Below are positions 38,567 to 52,339 of a DNA stretch of 64,000 bases, piece by piece; position 1 is the stretch's first letter, and every line of letters starts with the position of its first letter. Both the position numbers and the translations under genes were made by a program. Location of the stretch: contig NC_082722.1 in assembly GCF_030144855.1 (NCBI RefSeq), forward strand, positions 21,204,001 through 21,268,000, written 5' to 3'. The notes under the pieces were generated by a model, which was not told the origin of the DNA, did no database searches, and saw only the letters and a list, made by a program, of their open reading frames with translations. The DNA comes from Hypanus sabinus (taxonomy: Eukaryota).

Positions 38567-41389
38567 AGATACAGAGTGGAGTAGGCACTTCCGTTATTTC
38601 GAGCCAATCTGCCGCACAGCAGGCCGCCGTGTTAACCTTCACCTAACGTTGTGATGACGCTTCTCATTTTTCTCTCCTGATTGCACACATCATAGAATCG
38701 AAACACGGACATTACAGAGTCGGCTAAGAAACATTTAGTTGAGAAGTAAAGTCTTAGAAGTCACTTGCTCAACTTACATCCATTGTATGTTACTTAAGTG
38801 TCGGGTTAAAAAGAGTGCAAGTCGATTTTTTGAGATGCATTCCAAATGTACCCACAAAAACTATCCATAATATCAACAGGCTCGTTAGCGCATTTCTGTT
38901 CTCTGCTATTTATGACTTCCTATTAAACAGTGGTAGAATTTTTTTGAAGATCTTTAGCTGAAAGAGGAAACTGAATCGTGGAGTATGGCTTGGAAGAAAG
39001 TTCTTGCGCTCGTCCCGACCATTTATGTAGCTGTTACTATACCTGCCTCTACCATGATACCACTTCCTCAGGCAGCTTGCTCTATAAATCTACCGTCTTC
39101 TATGTGAAAATCATACCATGCACAGTTTTCCCACTTAATTCAGAGCGCTATCCTCTAGCTTCACATCTCCGGGCTTGGGGAATGGACTGTGAGCATCTGC
39201 TACATTAATGTCCGTTAACGTACGTCTTTCAAATTTCATGAGGTCACTCCTCTGTCTCCTTGAATCTGCAGTGAACAATTCAAGACTGTCCAATCTCTCT
39301 ATGCCAGTAACGCCTTCTATTCCAGAAAATATCCCAATGAATGTCTTTTGCAATCTTTCTAACTCCATCACGTACATTCTATCTTCTGTGATCAGAAGAG
39401 CGGTCAGCACTTCAAGTGTGGCCAAGCCAATGGCTACAGTTGCAACTTGATGTCCCAGCTCTCGTCAATACACTGCCAAGAGTGTACGTAGGCTTCTTAA
39501 AACTATTCTCTCTTACTTCTTCCCTTTCCCAGCTGGCTGGGGCCTTGTCGGAGACCGTGATCTGCAGCTGCATTCAAAATGGTTCTTCTCACCGCTGGAA
39601 GTTGTAGATCATTTATAATTTTTGTGGATTATATCCACAAACACATTATTTATTATTGGGTATTTCAGAATCATATTAACATAATTTCTCAATTATATTA
39701 ATATTATACGAAAGACATTCCAGCAGTGTGGCAACAAAGTCAATGTGTGGGTGAGCATTTAAATTACTGTGCGGCCACACCGATGCAGCTTAGAGGAACA
39801 GTGTTGGCGAATGTACAGAGGGGAGGTCGATTTCCAAATAAACCGAGCCATGTCCACAACGTTCTGCATTTTTTGTGGTCTTGGGGATCCTCCTCTTATC
39901 AACATATTGGCTATTGCCATTGAGTAGAAGCTTACATGGAACTTCCAATCACGTTACCGTTGAATCTTGCTGTAAAAAATACTTCACGTTGTGTTCACAA
40001 CAGACGAGTATTATTCACTCTGGTAAAACTTCTCCATATGTACATTTGCGTAAAGTATTCGTCCGGAGACGGATGTAATATTTACTTTGGGTTAAAAAAA
40101 TGAAACATCTCATCATCATGCAGAAAAGTGTACCCTATCAATAAACGATGTTGCTTCAAATCAACCTCTGCATGTTGCATCCACAAAGAGCAATGCAGCA
40201 ACAAACCATTTCTTAAAACAATGTTGACAAATCCTGAAAGTTTTAATAACATGACAATCATGGCCACGAGAGACACATTGCCCTATCATCTGCATTTGTG
40301 AATTCAGCTTTATTAATCTAGCATTAATATATATTGATATAGCTTTATTAATATGTCCTTTATTGATGTAAAGTTATCACTCCAGGAGTCTCTATTGAAC
40401 AGGGCAGTTTCTCAGTCAAACACGTCGGAACATGCCTACCGAGGAACTAACTTTATTCTTTGTAATTATAATTAAATTACTCAGTGAGTTAACAATAAGC
40501 TTTGAAAGTGAAATCGATTCCTGCATCTATTTGCTTTCCCTGTGGGTTGGACCACAATTCAGTGAATGCTTACAAGATGCTAAGATCACTAAGATGCTAA
40601 GATTTGTCGTTTTCTTCTTATATTGCAGTCGAGTCACAGAGTCAGTCGGCCTCACAAACATCATCTATTTCAGATTCTGTATAATACTGTAAATTCGGTT
40701 TATTTGCTGCAGCCCAATGCTTGTGAACCTTGTTTTTGCAGAGAGTTCATTTAGAAAGAATTGCCAGCAGAGGGCTTGGCCATGCAGATTGGATGCCGGT
40801 CTGATTTCTTGTTCAGTATTCCTTTACCCCAGTTTCCTATTTAGCACTTCTGCCACGTAATTCATTTCAAATCTAAGTGCTTTCAGAAACTGCAAGATTA
40901 CACTCATTGAGATATGGACTGCAAATACAGATTTTGCCAGAACAATAAAATTACATGTTGTCCTGCTTTCAATAAGATCAACGCGATGAAAGACGCACCA
41001 TTAGCATTGCCCAAATATACATCCCTTACAGAGTTACAAAGCTGTGCCAGTGGCACATGAAAGCCTGAAATGGAAACTCAATGGATGTCCTGATTGGAAA
41101 GCACAACTGAAACAATGAAGGAAACAAAAGAAAAAGCTTTGCAAACAAAGTGAAGCCATACTCCGTTAATGAGGAATAAATATGATAAATATCAATCAGG
41201 TTCTGTGCTAATGATTTCAACAATTTCAACATAGTGACACAATAATTCAACAATTTTGTGTGAATTAATTCCTTCTATAGAATCCTGGTCCACTCTTGCA
41301 TCAGCTCCTTTTTAACTTCCTTCCAATCCAATACTGCGGATCCCAAGCATTTCCTGCATTGCTAACAGCAATTCCTGTCTTTCTCTCAG

Positions 41390-42260
41390 TTTAGAAACAT
41401 AGAAAACTTACAGCACAATACTGGCCCCTCAGCCCATAAAGTTGTTCCGAACATGTCCCTACCTTAGAAATTACTAGACTTACCCATTGCCCTCTATTTT
41501 TCTAAGCTCCATGTACCTATCCAGGAGTCTCTTAAAAAACCAAATCGTATCTGCCTCCACCAACATTGCCGGCAGCCCATTCTATGCACTCACCACTCTC
41601 TGCGTAAAAATCTTACTCCTGACATCTCCTCTGTACCTACTCCCCAGCACCTTAAAACTGTGTCCTCTTGTGGCAACCATTTCAGTCCTGGGAAAAAAGA
41701 ACATCTAACTATCCACACGATCAATGCCTGTCGTCATCTTCTACATCTCTATCAGGTCACCTCTCATCCTCCATCGCTCCAAGGAGAAAAGACCGAGTTC
41801 ACTCAGACTGTTTTCATAAGGCATGCTCCCCAATCCAGGCAACATCCTTGTAAACACGAGGAAATCTGCAGATGCTGGAAATTCTAGCAACAATACACAC
41901 AAAATGCTGGTGGAACACAGCAGGCCAGGCATCATCTATAGGGAGAAGTGCTGTCGACGTTTCGAAACCCTTCATCAGGACATCCTTGTAAATCTCCTCT
42001 GCACCCTGTCTATGGTTTCCACATCCATCCTCCAAGTGAGGCGACCAGAACTGACCACAGTACTCCAAGTGGGTTCTGTCGAAGGTCCTATATAGTTGCA
42101 ACATTACCTCTCGGCTCCTAAATTCAATTCCACGATTGATGAAGGCCAGTACACCATATGCCTTCTTAACTACATAGTCAACCTGCGCAGTTGCTTTGAG
42201 TGTCCTATAGACTCGGACCCCAGGATGCCTCTGATCCTCCACACTGCCAAGAGTCTTTGC
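41390..42260 (-). mobile_element. CR1 3' fragment containing a short Penelope-derived insertion
   Basis: HLEYCGQFWSPH and other CR1 3' motifs. The insertion at 41855-41979 is flanked by the 13-bp duplication acatccttgtaaa. Confidence 0.85.
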
Positions 42261-42261
42261 C

Positions 42262-43313
42262 ATATGGGGGGGTGGGGCAAAGGGAGTGGACCCAAAAACA
42301 AGACACAGACACTGAACTACCAGGAACAAGACTAGGCATGAGAAGGAAGCAAGGGAAGAGAGGAAGAAAGGACACTGGACAGGACAAAGGTCTCGGAGGA
42401 GACAAGGAATCCAGGCCTGGGCTAGGACTTGACAAGGATAGCGGAACCAGGACAAGGAACTGGGAACTAAGAGCCTGGGCTTGGACTCCAAGCTAGAGAC
42501 TGGACAAGGACCCAGAATCTAGGTCTTAACTCGGGCGCGAATTCCAGAAGCAGGCGAGGACATGATGAGGTTACAGGGCAAGGACGAGAGACTACTGGAC
42601 GGGACAAGGGAACCTCAGAACAGGATGAGAGAATCCCAGCGCTGGGCTAGGAAAGGTACTCATGTGCTGGGTGAGGTACATGGACACGATGAGGACACAG
42701 AGCCTTGGTCGAGGGAGAGACAGTGGGACTGGACGTGAGACTCCTGGACAAGGGAACCCCAGCACAGGACAAGGGACTCCCAGTACCGGGCTGGGCAAGG
42801 TACTCCTGTGCTGGGCGAGGCACATGGACATGACGAGGACACAGAGCCTACAGAGAGACAGGGATATGGAACAGCGAGCCGGGACCCCACCTTGGGTACA
42901 GGAAGTAGTGCCGGGACTCATAACACAGAACACCAAACATGACGAGAGAGTTTCTAATGCTAGGTAGCGGCAAAACAGTCGGAACTCCCTAGAGAAGGCG
43001 TGGACATGGACAGACAGTTCCAGACAGGGTGAGGCTCCAGAATCAGGCAAGGCGGGTTAATGCTCCAGACACAGGCAAGGCAGGTAAGGCTCCAGGCAGA
43101 GGCGAAGCGAGGCAAAGGGAAAGGATACAGACAAGGAGTTTGGAGAGGAACAATCCAGCAGCCAGGGGCTGAATCCTGAAGCTATTTATGAGGCCAGCCC
43201 AAACAAGAACCAGCTGCCTCAACAGAAACTGCGTAAAAACCAGAAAATCTGGAAGAAGGATCATGGACCGGACCGTGAACCAGAATGCGGATTTCACGTA
43301 CTGGACCATGACA
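42262..43313 (-). mobile_element. Probable solo LTR or LTR-like repeat with internal tandem repeats of about 145 bp
   Basis: Minus strand begins TGTCATGG at 43313. Duplicated unit ggacaagggaacc...gaggacacagagcc at about 42600-42850. The left end is not resolved. Confidence 0.5.
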
Positions 43314-43769
43314 AATTGAGACTGATATGAGATGATACAGGGAGAAACTTCTTCTATAGTTTATAGCACAATATCCCTCAATGCACAAAGAATAACAGTT
43401 CAGCATAGAGTGGTAATAACATAGCTTAATCCCTACAGACATGCTAAACCAAATAAAACATAAAGTTGCACAAGAGTTAGGAAGAAACCAACCGAAAGAC
43501 AACGACAATACTGCACAATAAATTAATGAAGTTGCAACCCACCGTAGCCCTGATGAAAATACAATTATTTTACTTTACAAACGGACAGTAACAGTGAAAA
43601 TACAATTCCAGTGCCTCTGCAGAATGCTGATGTCAAAGCCGAGCTAACAGATAAAATTATCCTAATATTTAACACCACACTAACAGAATATATGAACATT
43701 CACCCAACAAAGGACACTGCATACAAAATACATCAACGCTTGCAAAAAATGTTTAATACACTCAACATT

Positions 43770-46050
43770 TGTAAATTTGCTGATGACAAAGGTTGGGGTT
43801 GTTGTGGATAGTGGGGAGGGCTGTCAGAGGTTACAACGGGATATTGATAGGATCCAAAACTGGGCTGGAGATGGAGTTCAACCCAGCGAAATTTGCAGTT
43901 GTTCATTTTGGTAGGTCAAATATGATGGCAGAATATTGAATTAATGGTAAGACTCTTGGTAGTCTGGAAGATCAGAGGAATCTTGGCTCCAAGTCCAAAG
44001 GACACTCAAAGCTAATATATAGGTTGACTCTGCGGTTAAGAAGGCATATGGTGCATTGGCCTTCATCAATCGTGGGATTGAGTTTAAAAGCGAAGAGGTA
44101 ATGTTGCAGCTATATAGGACCCTGGTCAGAACCCCCTTGGAGTATTGTTCTCAATTATGGTGGCCTCACTACAGGAAGGATGTGGAAACCATAGCAAGGG
44201 TGCTAGTCTTCAAAGTAAGTTGACTCAAAAGTCCAATTTCTCAGGGAAGGGAGGAGGCAAACAGGCAGCGAAGCATTACTGTGCTCTGTCCAGTTCTCAA
44301 TAAGCACTACAACGACAAGTATGGAGTTAAATACTATCACGATTAAATAATTAGCTGCCACGTTCAAATTCAGAAGTGCAATTGCTGTATCTATCTCACT
44401 GCAGCATCCGTGGTTGTGACAAGGCCCCCACTTTAGGTGCATCCCCTAAGCCGCCACAGACCTTTGTCATCTGGAAGTCTCAGATCAGCGGCTTGTCCAT
44501 GATGTCCTTTGCTGAGATCCAAGTACGTTCTTCTCGGCCATACCCTTCCCAGTCCTCAAGGTAGCAAGGGTACGGAATTTCACTGCATCTTCTCTCACTG
44601 CTGCTCTGCCTTGGCGCAGGTCCAAGAGTCAGTGGGCAGCATCCTGACCCCGTACTGGAAGATCAGAAACCCACCTTAACTCTTCCATGAAATGTTGGAA
44701 CGACTGGGCTGAGGGGTACCCTTGCTCCCGTAAAGCGTGGAGGTCCATCAAGAAGATTAACCATGTACGCCAATTTTTGCACATCATCACCAAAAAGACC
44801 AGGCTGGGCTTGAAATGCCAGGTTGCATTGGGCAATGAAATTACTGCAACCATCTGGATCACCAGAATATCTGCCTGCTGGTGGAATACTTGGTTCCTGT
44901 ACAGTCATGGCAGTCGGTTCTGGTCGGGCACGGGAGCGAGAGTAGCAAGGATTGTCGGGGCAGCAGTAAAGGAGGACCTGTGAGCTGCTGGGAGTGGGAC
45001 TGAGGCGGCCTGAAGCTGTTGAACTGAGCTGGCTAGAATGTTAATGGCTGTCAGCTGATGCGGGCTGTTCACAGTAAGTTCGTGGACTGCGGCCGTGAGT
45101 GTGGAAATCGAGTCCGATTGTCTATGGTGAGCTGTTGAACAGTTGCAGCTGGGGACGATACCTGTTCCTCCAGGTGAAACTGGGCTTGGTGGCACAAGGT
45201 TATCTGGCTCATTGCCTCCGTAACTTCACAGAGAATGGTTTCCATTGCCTGTAGCTTGTCCCCTATCTGGACAACGAATCTCACAGCCAAAGTCAGCTGC
45301 TGTCCCTCTGCTGGGTCCATCTTTGTGTGGTCAAGACAAGCTTTTACCAGGTTCGGATATGGCCCAAGTGCGGAGTGAGAGACAGTGAAGCAGGTCGATA
45401 GTTCACAAACTTTAATGCAAACAATGTTAAAGGGAAAATAAACAATAAACCCTAGGCCAAACAGGGCCGTTAACTAAAACCCTCAAATGAGAATTGAACC
45501 GTGTACAGCAGCTGAAAAGAAAATCTAAACATTAAATGAATACTGCTGGTCTTCAAAGTCAGTGGACTCAAAAGTCCAATTTCTCAGGGAAGGCCAGAGA
45601 CAAACAGGCAGCAAAGCACTGACTTGCTCTGTCCAAGCACTGCGACGACAAGTATGGAGTTAAATACTATCACCTTTATATAGTAATTAGCTGACATGTG
45701 CATATTCACAAGTGCAATTGCCGTATCTATTCTGCTGCCGAATCTGATGTTGTGACAGTCAAGGACAAAAGGGCATGACTTCAGGATTGAAGGACATACT
45801 TTTAGAACTGAAGTGCAGAGAAATTACTTTAGTCAGATGGTGGTAAATCTGTTGACTTTATTGCCACGAGCGGCTGTGGAGGCCAGTCATAGGGTGTATT
45901 TAATTCAGAGATAGAGAGGTTCTTGATCCAGGGCGTCCAATCGTGAAAGCAACGGAGTGGGGATGACTGGAGGAATCAGATCAGACCATGATTGAATGGT
46001 GGAGCAGACTTGATTAGCCAAATGACCTACTTCTGTTCCTATATCATTTG
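43770..46050 (+). mobile_element. CR1 RT 3' fragment split by an LTR element
   Basis: KFADD at about 43775 and LEYCSQLW at about 44140. Resumes at 45760 with the 'RTKGHDFRIEG' region and 3' tail. Confidence 0.8.
44197..45757 (-). mobile_element. Deleted Gypsy (sushi-like) LTR retrotransposon: two LTR copies with gag remnant
   Basis: Direct repeats at 44197-44421 and about 45541-45757, both starting TGTCACAAC on the minus strand. Gag EPSIPPAGRYSGDPDGCSNFIAQCNLAF...KLAYMVNLL. The left LTR is truncated. Confidence 0.8.
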
Positions 46051-47589
46051 GTCTTATGGTCATATGCCATATTTCCAAATTTGCTGATGATACAAAATTA
46101 GGTGGGAATATGGATTAGCAGGGGGATGTATAAAGAAGCTTCAGGTGACACTGACAAGTTGATTGAGTGAGCAAGAACAAATGTAAAAGCATCAAAATGT
46201 GAAGTTATCCATAATGGTGAGAGATTGTGTAATGTTGACATGATGAGAATTGAAGCAAAAGGTTCCAAACTAAAACCAAACAATATGATGGAATAAATCA
46301 GCAACTCATTGATTTGCAATACATAATATTTGCATCTGTACAGAAAATGAGACCCAAACTCAGATCCAAGTCCTGTTGACTCCTTCACTGACAGACAACC
46401 TGTAGTTCTTTTATCAGCCACACCAGTGACAGATCCACACTCAAGACAATTTAAATGCACATTAAGACTGCAGGAAGTGTGCATCATTGTCATCCTTTAG
46501 GGAGCATTATCTCAACATCACAGGTATGACAAACTCAACACCTTTGTTGTAGCAACACAGCTTTTTGTCCATTTGAGAAGAAAGTATTCAAAGCCCAAGA
46601 ACCAGAACCTCACACTGAGCCAATGAACCACTGGCTCCATATACTTTGAAGAAATCGGCAATTTCTTCGGTTGCTTCAAAATCCTTCAAGTCCATTGGCA
46701 GAAAAGATGAACTAATGCAAGTATCCTTACCCACAGGTCCAGCAGCAACACTCTGATTATAACGAGCAAGCCCTGGTGGAGATAATCCTCTGTCTGCCTC
46801 CTTGTCTCTGAATCAAAGTCTCTATTCCTGCATTTTGAAAAGCCTAGAGATTTACTAGTGGACAAAGAAATCTTTACAGAATATATACATGTCTCCTTGG
46901 AAAAAGTATAACATTCCCACCATTACACAGAAAGGCCTGGCCCCTGATCACTAAGTGTTGAGAAGGTGTTTCCAGGACAGCTGTTAGCATCTTGAGTCAT
47001 TACAAAGGAAACTTAGAAGGCCAAGTTCAAAGAACAGGTAGACTAGACAAAATGCCAAACTTCCTACCCTTTTCTTCATGTTCAAGAGAGCCAGCCAGCT
47101 CAGAGCTCAGAATAGTGAAGTGCAAGCTCTCAAACCTGAGGGATTGCCTCGCAGTTGATCGAGGAAGACAACTTGCTAAGAATCTTCAGGATTATGTGAA
47201 GGGTTGTTGAACCATTCCAGTGCCAGTCCACCACATCAAGTAGGTACCTCAGACGGAAGGAAACATTTACAGAGATACCAGAACTGAGCTCCACTGAAGT
47301 TCAAGGATCATAATTACCATTTTCATCTGCTTCAAGTAATTTATCTTGAGTTCCCTGCTGGTAAAAAGAGAAATATTACCATTGCCAGTGGTTATGACAA
47401 ATAGTTGAAGGATATATATTCAAACATATTGTCATATATATTTTCAATTACAATGCATGTAAAAGGTATTCACCCCTTCCCTTGGAAGTTTTCACATTAT
47501 ATTGTTCTACAACATTAAATCACACTGGATTTAATTGAGCTTTTTTAACACTGATCAACAGGGAAAGACACTTTTTGTCAAAGAAATTG

Positions 47590-48740
47590 ATCTATCAGGT
47601 AGACGCAGCATAGATTCAGCAAAGGCAGGTCTTGTTGGACAAACTACTGGAGTTCTTTGAGGATATAATAAGCGCTGTGGATAGAGAGGAACAGATAGAG
47701 GTTATTTATTTGAATTTCCAGAAAGCTTTCGATAAAGTGCCACGTAAAAGACTTAGTCATAATGATGCATAAAGTTGGGGGTGATGTATTAGCATGGATA
47801 GAGGATTTGTTAACAAACAGAAAGCAGAGAGTTGGGATACATGGATGTTACTTTGGTTGGCAGTCAGTGTGTCACGCGGGGTGGTGCTCAACCTACAACC
47901 GTTCACGATATACATTAACAATCTGGAAGAAGGGACCGAGTGTAGTGTATCTAAGTTTGTTGATATCACTAAGTTGAGTGGAGAAACAAACTGTGCAGAA
48001 GATGCAGTGAGATAATTATAAGTGAGTGGGCAAGGGTCTGGCAGATGGAGTACAATGTTCGTAAGTTTAGGATCATCCTCTTTGGAAGGAAAAACAGAAG
48101 ATCAGATTATTATTTAAATGATACAAATTGTAGCACACAGCTGTGCACAGGGACTTGGAAGTGCTTGTGTGGGAATCACCAAAGGTTGGATTACAGATGT
48201 AGTAGGCGATCAAGAAAGCAAATAGAATGTTGGCTTTCGTTGTTAGAGGGATTGAATTTAAGAGCAAGGAGGTTATGCTGCAACTGTACAAAGTCTTGGT
48301 GAGACTGCATCTGCAATTCCGGTCTCCTTGCTTGCAAAAGCATATTACGGCTTTGGAGACAGTGCAGAGGAGGTTCACCAAGTTGATTCCAGAGATGGAG
48401 AGGTTGGACTATGAGGAGAGATTGAGTTACCTGGTACTGCACTCACAAGACTTCACAAGAATAAGAGGAGATTTTAGGGAAGCATCACATTATTAAAGGG
48501 ATAGATAAGACAGAGACAGGAAAATTATTTCCAGTGGTAGGTGAGACTAGAATCAGGAACATAGTCTCAAGATTTGGGGGAGTAGATTCAGGGTGGAGAT
48601 GAGGAAGAACTGCTTTTCCCAGGGTGGTGAATCTGTGGAATTCTCTGCCCAATGAAACCATATACGTTACCTCGGGAAATATATTGAAGACAAGGTTGGA
48701 CAGATTTTTGCAGAGTAGGGGAATTAAGAATAAAGTGGGA
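47590..48740 (+). mobile_element. Decayed CR1 RT/3' fragment
   Basis: FQKAFDKVPRKRL, KEVMLQLYKVLVRLHL, VVNLWNSLP. Confidence 0.85.
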
Positions 48741-50099
48741 GGAAATTTTTCAGTGAAAAAAATTGTTTGTATTCATTCAAGGCACAGTATGGCCATGGAG
48801 TGGTCAGAATGGTGATGTAGTGGGTGGTACAGTACTGCAGTAGTTCACAAAGTACTTTACAGTGCCATCGATCCAGGTTCAATTCCCGCTGCCATATTTA
48901 AGGAGTCTGTATGTTCTACCCATGACTCTGTGGGTTTCCTCCCACCTTCCAAAGATGTACTGCTTAGGTCAGTGAGTTCTGGGCATACTAAGTTGGCACG
49001 GGAAGCATGGCGACACCCGTGGGCTAATTCCAGATCATCCTTGGAAGACATTGGTTGTTGATGTAAAACGATGCATTTCAATGTACTGTAAGCTTTTTCT
49101 ATGTTTCAATGTACATGTGACAGATAAAGCTAATCTCTTAACACTAATCATGCCATACACAAGTACACAGAGGCAGTCAAAAGTAAACAGGATGCAGAAC
49201 ACAGCATACCTTGTAGCACCTTTGGAGGAAGTGTTGTGCAGATAAATAAATAAAGTGCAAGGTCATCTGGAGGATCAAGAGCAGGGAAGGGAGCAGAGAC
49301 AGAGAGCCTCATTAAAGTGTAACCCAAAAGAATGCACTTCCAACAGTGCAGCTTTCCCATTGTAGTTTACTAAGCAACAGCCCATATTATGATGCCCAAG
49401 TCTCTCGACTGACACTTGAAAATCGTGATTAAGCATACTTGGTGCATTCAAACATAGACTATTACTGCGCAGTACAGGCCCTTTGGCCCATGAAATCTTA
49501 ACCTACTCTAAAGATCAATCTCACCCTTTCCTCCTGCATAGTTCTACATTGTTCTATCATCCATGAGCCTATCCAAATCAAATGTCCTTAAGGTATCTGC
49601 CTCTACCAGCCCGTTGGCAGGGTGATCCATGCACCCATCACTCTGTTGCATTAAAAAACTGACCTCTGACCCCCCAACATACTTTCCTCCAACCACCTTA
49701 AAATTATGCTCCCTCATATTAGTCATTTCCATCCTGGGAAAAAAAAATCTCTGCCTATCCAATCAATCTATGCTTCTATCTATAAAAGAGTACAACAAGA
49801 GTACTTACTGCATAAAATTATAAATTTCATTATTATTCAATCATAAATTTTACTGTGAGAATGTGTAAATATCCTTAGTACACATTATGTTTTTGGCAAA
49901 TCCTTAGAGAGCAGTTTCTCCTCTGCACCCCTGCGATATTTCCCTGCCTCCACTGTACCTCAATTTGCATTGCCTAATCACAGGTTACCGTCAACTCCAA
50001 GATGACTAGAGTGGATTGTCATGCTTTCCATCTTGCACACCTCCGCCCCGCATGCAAAGGGTTCAAGCTGAGGTGTAGGCTGCTCAATGACTCTTTCCA

Positions 50100-50460
50100 G
50101 TAGTATGTACACGCACGGGGACGAGGTGCTTTGAGAGGTTGGTGATGAAATATATCAACACCTGCCTGAGGAGCAACTTGGACCCTCTCCAATTTGCCTA
50201 CGGCAGCAACAGGTCAACAGCTCTTCACTCAATCCTTGGACTCTGGACAGTGAAGCTGCATACATCTGGATGCTCTTCACTGACTACAGCTCTGTATTCA
50301 ACACCATCATCCCCTCAAAACTAAACTATACGCTTCATCAGAAAGGAGAAACAGAAGCCTCAGGTCCCACCCTTCCAGGTTTAGGAACAGTTAATTCCCC
50401 TGACACATCAGGCTCTTGAGCCAGAGAGGACAACTTCACTCACTCCCATACTGAACTGAT
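50100..50460 (+). mobile_element. Rex1/Babar-like LINE fragment
   Basis: CLRSNLDPLQFAYGSNRST. Confidence 0.7.
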
Positions 50461-50699
50461 TCCATAACTTATGGAATCACTCTCAAGAACTCTGCAATTC
50501 AAGTTTTCAGTATTTATCACAAAAATTAAAAATCAAAACAGAAATTGAACTGGTGTTCAGTTCACTTTTCCGTGTCAGCCATTTTCGGGAGTAGCTGTTG
50601 CCCAGTAGCAAGCGGTTCCCAAACATCTTTATATCATGGACCCCTGTAAACCCCAGGTTAGGAACAACAGCCTGTAGCCATTGGGCACCCAGACCAGCT

Positions 50700-51830
50700 T
50701 CACTCACATCAACACTTCACAGACTCCACTCTTGACTATACCTCTTTCCCACCACGTCTCCTGTAAAAATGCTATCCCCTTTCCTCAGCTCCTTCATCTG
50801 CACCACATCTGTAGCTAGGATGAGGCTTTCCTTTCCAGGGCATCAGAGATGTCCTCCTTCTTTGTCCGCCTTTCATGCTGCCGTCACCTGCATCTCCTCC
50901 ATTTCCAAAAGATCTTCCCTCACTCAATCTTCCCTCCACCGTAACAGTGATAGTTCCTCTTGTCTTTACTTACTACCACCCCATGAGCCTCTGGACCCAA
51001 CACGTCATTCTCTGCAGCTTCCGCCATCTCCAAAAGGATCCTACCACCAACGCATCTTTACCTCTCCACCTCTCTCTGCTTTCCACAGGGATAACCCCCT
51101 CCATGATTCTCTTATCCATTCGTCCCTCCCCACCAATCTCCCTCCTGACAAGCAGACAAAATGTTACACTTATCAATTCATCTCATCCGTCACCTGCATT
51201 CAGGGCTCCAAACAGTCCTTCCAGGCGAGGCAGCACTTCACCTGTGAATCTGCTCAGGTGGTCTCTTGTGTCCTGTGCTCCCGATGCAGCCTCCTCTGCA
51301 TTGGTGAGACCCATCGGAAAGTGGGGGGGAGGGGGGGCAGATTCGTCGAGCACCTCTGCTCCAACTACTGAAAGAGGAAATTCCCTGTGGACAAACATTT
51401 TAATTCCCATTCTCGTTCCGACACGTTGTCCATGGCCTCCTCTTGTGCCCACAGGATGGACGGGCAACACTTTATATTCTGTCTGGGCAGCATCCAACCT
51501 GATGGCATGAATATCGGTTTCTCCTTTCAGTAAAAAAAAACTCCCTCCTCTCCTGCCTCTATTCCCCACTCTGGCCTCTTCTCTCTTCTCACTTATCACC
51601 TCCTTCCCTTTCTCCTGTGGTCCACTCTCCTCTCCTATCAGATTCCTTTATCTCCAGCCCTTTACCTCCCCTACCCACCTTGCTTCATCTACCACTGTCT
51701 AGCTAGCCTCCTTCCCCTTTTAATTCTGGTGTCTTCCCTCTTCCTTTCCAGTCCCGAAGAAGGGTCTCAGCTGAACGGTCAACTGTTATACATGTCCATG
51801 GATGTTGCCTTAGTTGCCGAGTTTTTCCAG
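50700..51830 (+). mobile_element. Penelope-like element 3' part with GIY-YIG endonuclease remnant
   Basis: KQSFQARQHFTCESAQVVSCVLCSRCSLLCIGETHRK...RFVEHL. Terminal repeat at about 51740-51830. Confidence 0.85.
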
Positions 51831-52339
51831 TGAGTTGCTCTGTACTTGTTTACTTGCTTATTTTTTGTATGATTTGTTTTTTTTTTGCACATTCAATGTT
51901 TGCCAATCTTAGTTTTATATGGTTTTCCATGGATCCTATTGTGTTTCTTTGTTTTGTGGGTGTTTGCAACAAGATTAATCACAAGGTTGTACTATTTATT
52001 TTGAAGTATTACTTTAGCACTGGGTGAATGCTTGATTGACTTTATTCAATTCAATACAGATAAGCAGAAATGAGCAGAAAGCAGAGTTATGGATCATGGT
52101 TAAAGCTGTGTAAGGTTGTTAGAAAACGGACATCATAATGACAGTTTGTGGTATTTCATGCTTATTGTAATGATCGTAGCAGACCCTAAGTCTATGTCCT
52201 TTTTTTGGAATGTGAGGTGAAACCAGAGCAGCTGTTGGAAACGCACATGGTCACAGGGAGAATGTATAAATTTATTACAGGGAGTGGTAACTCCTGTTTG
52301 GTAATGTAAAGAGCTGCATTAACCACTACGCTCTGCACC

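Larger units (their letters stand above)
100..40800 (+). repeat. Three diverged tandem paralogous blocks (about 100-7500, 22480-29300, 32560-40800)
   Basis: Same-order homologous segments: old CR1; aaaacaaagtacagatgtctt (24080/37900); gatctttagctgaaag (3374/26461/38950); gacggatgtaata (6944/28442/40068); tttccctgtgggttgga..cacaattc.gtgaatg.ttac.agatg (7360/28827/40535). Confidence 0.85.

Noticed and set aside
42200-43050. Repetitive G/R/T- and P/C/S-rich ORFs
   Set aside because: Translations of tandem repeats within an LTR-like element.
46992-47210. Faint resemblance to a hAT dimerisation domain (EPASSE...KCKLSNLRDCL)
   Set aside because: Too weak to support without an HMM search, and no TIRs were seen.
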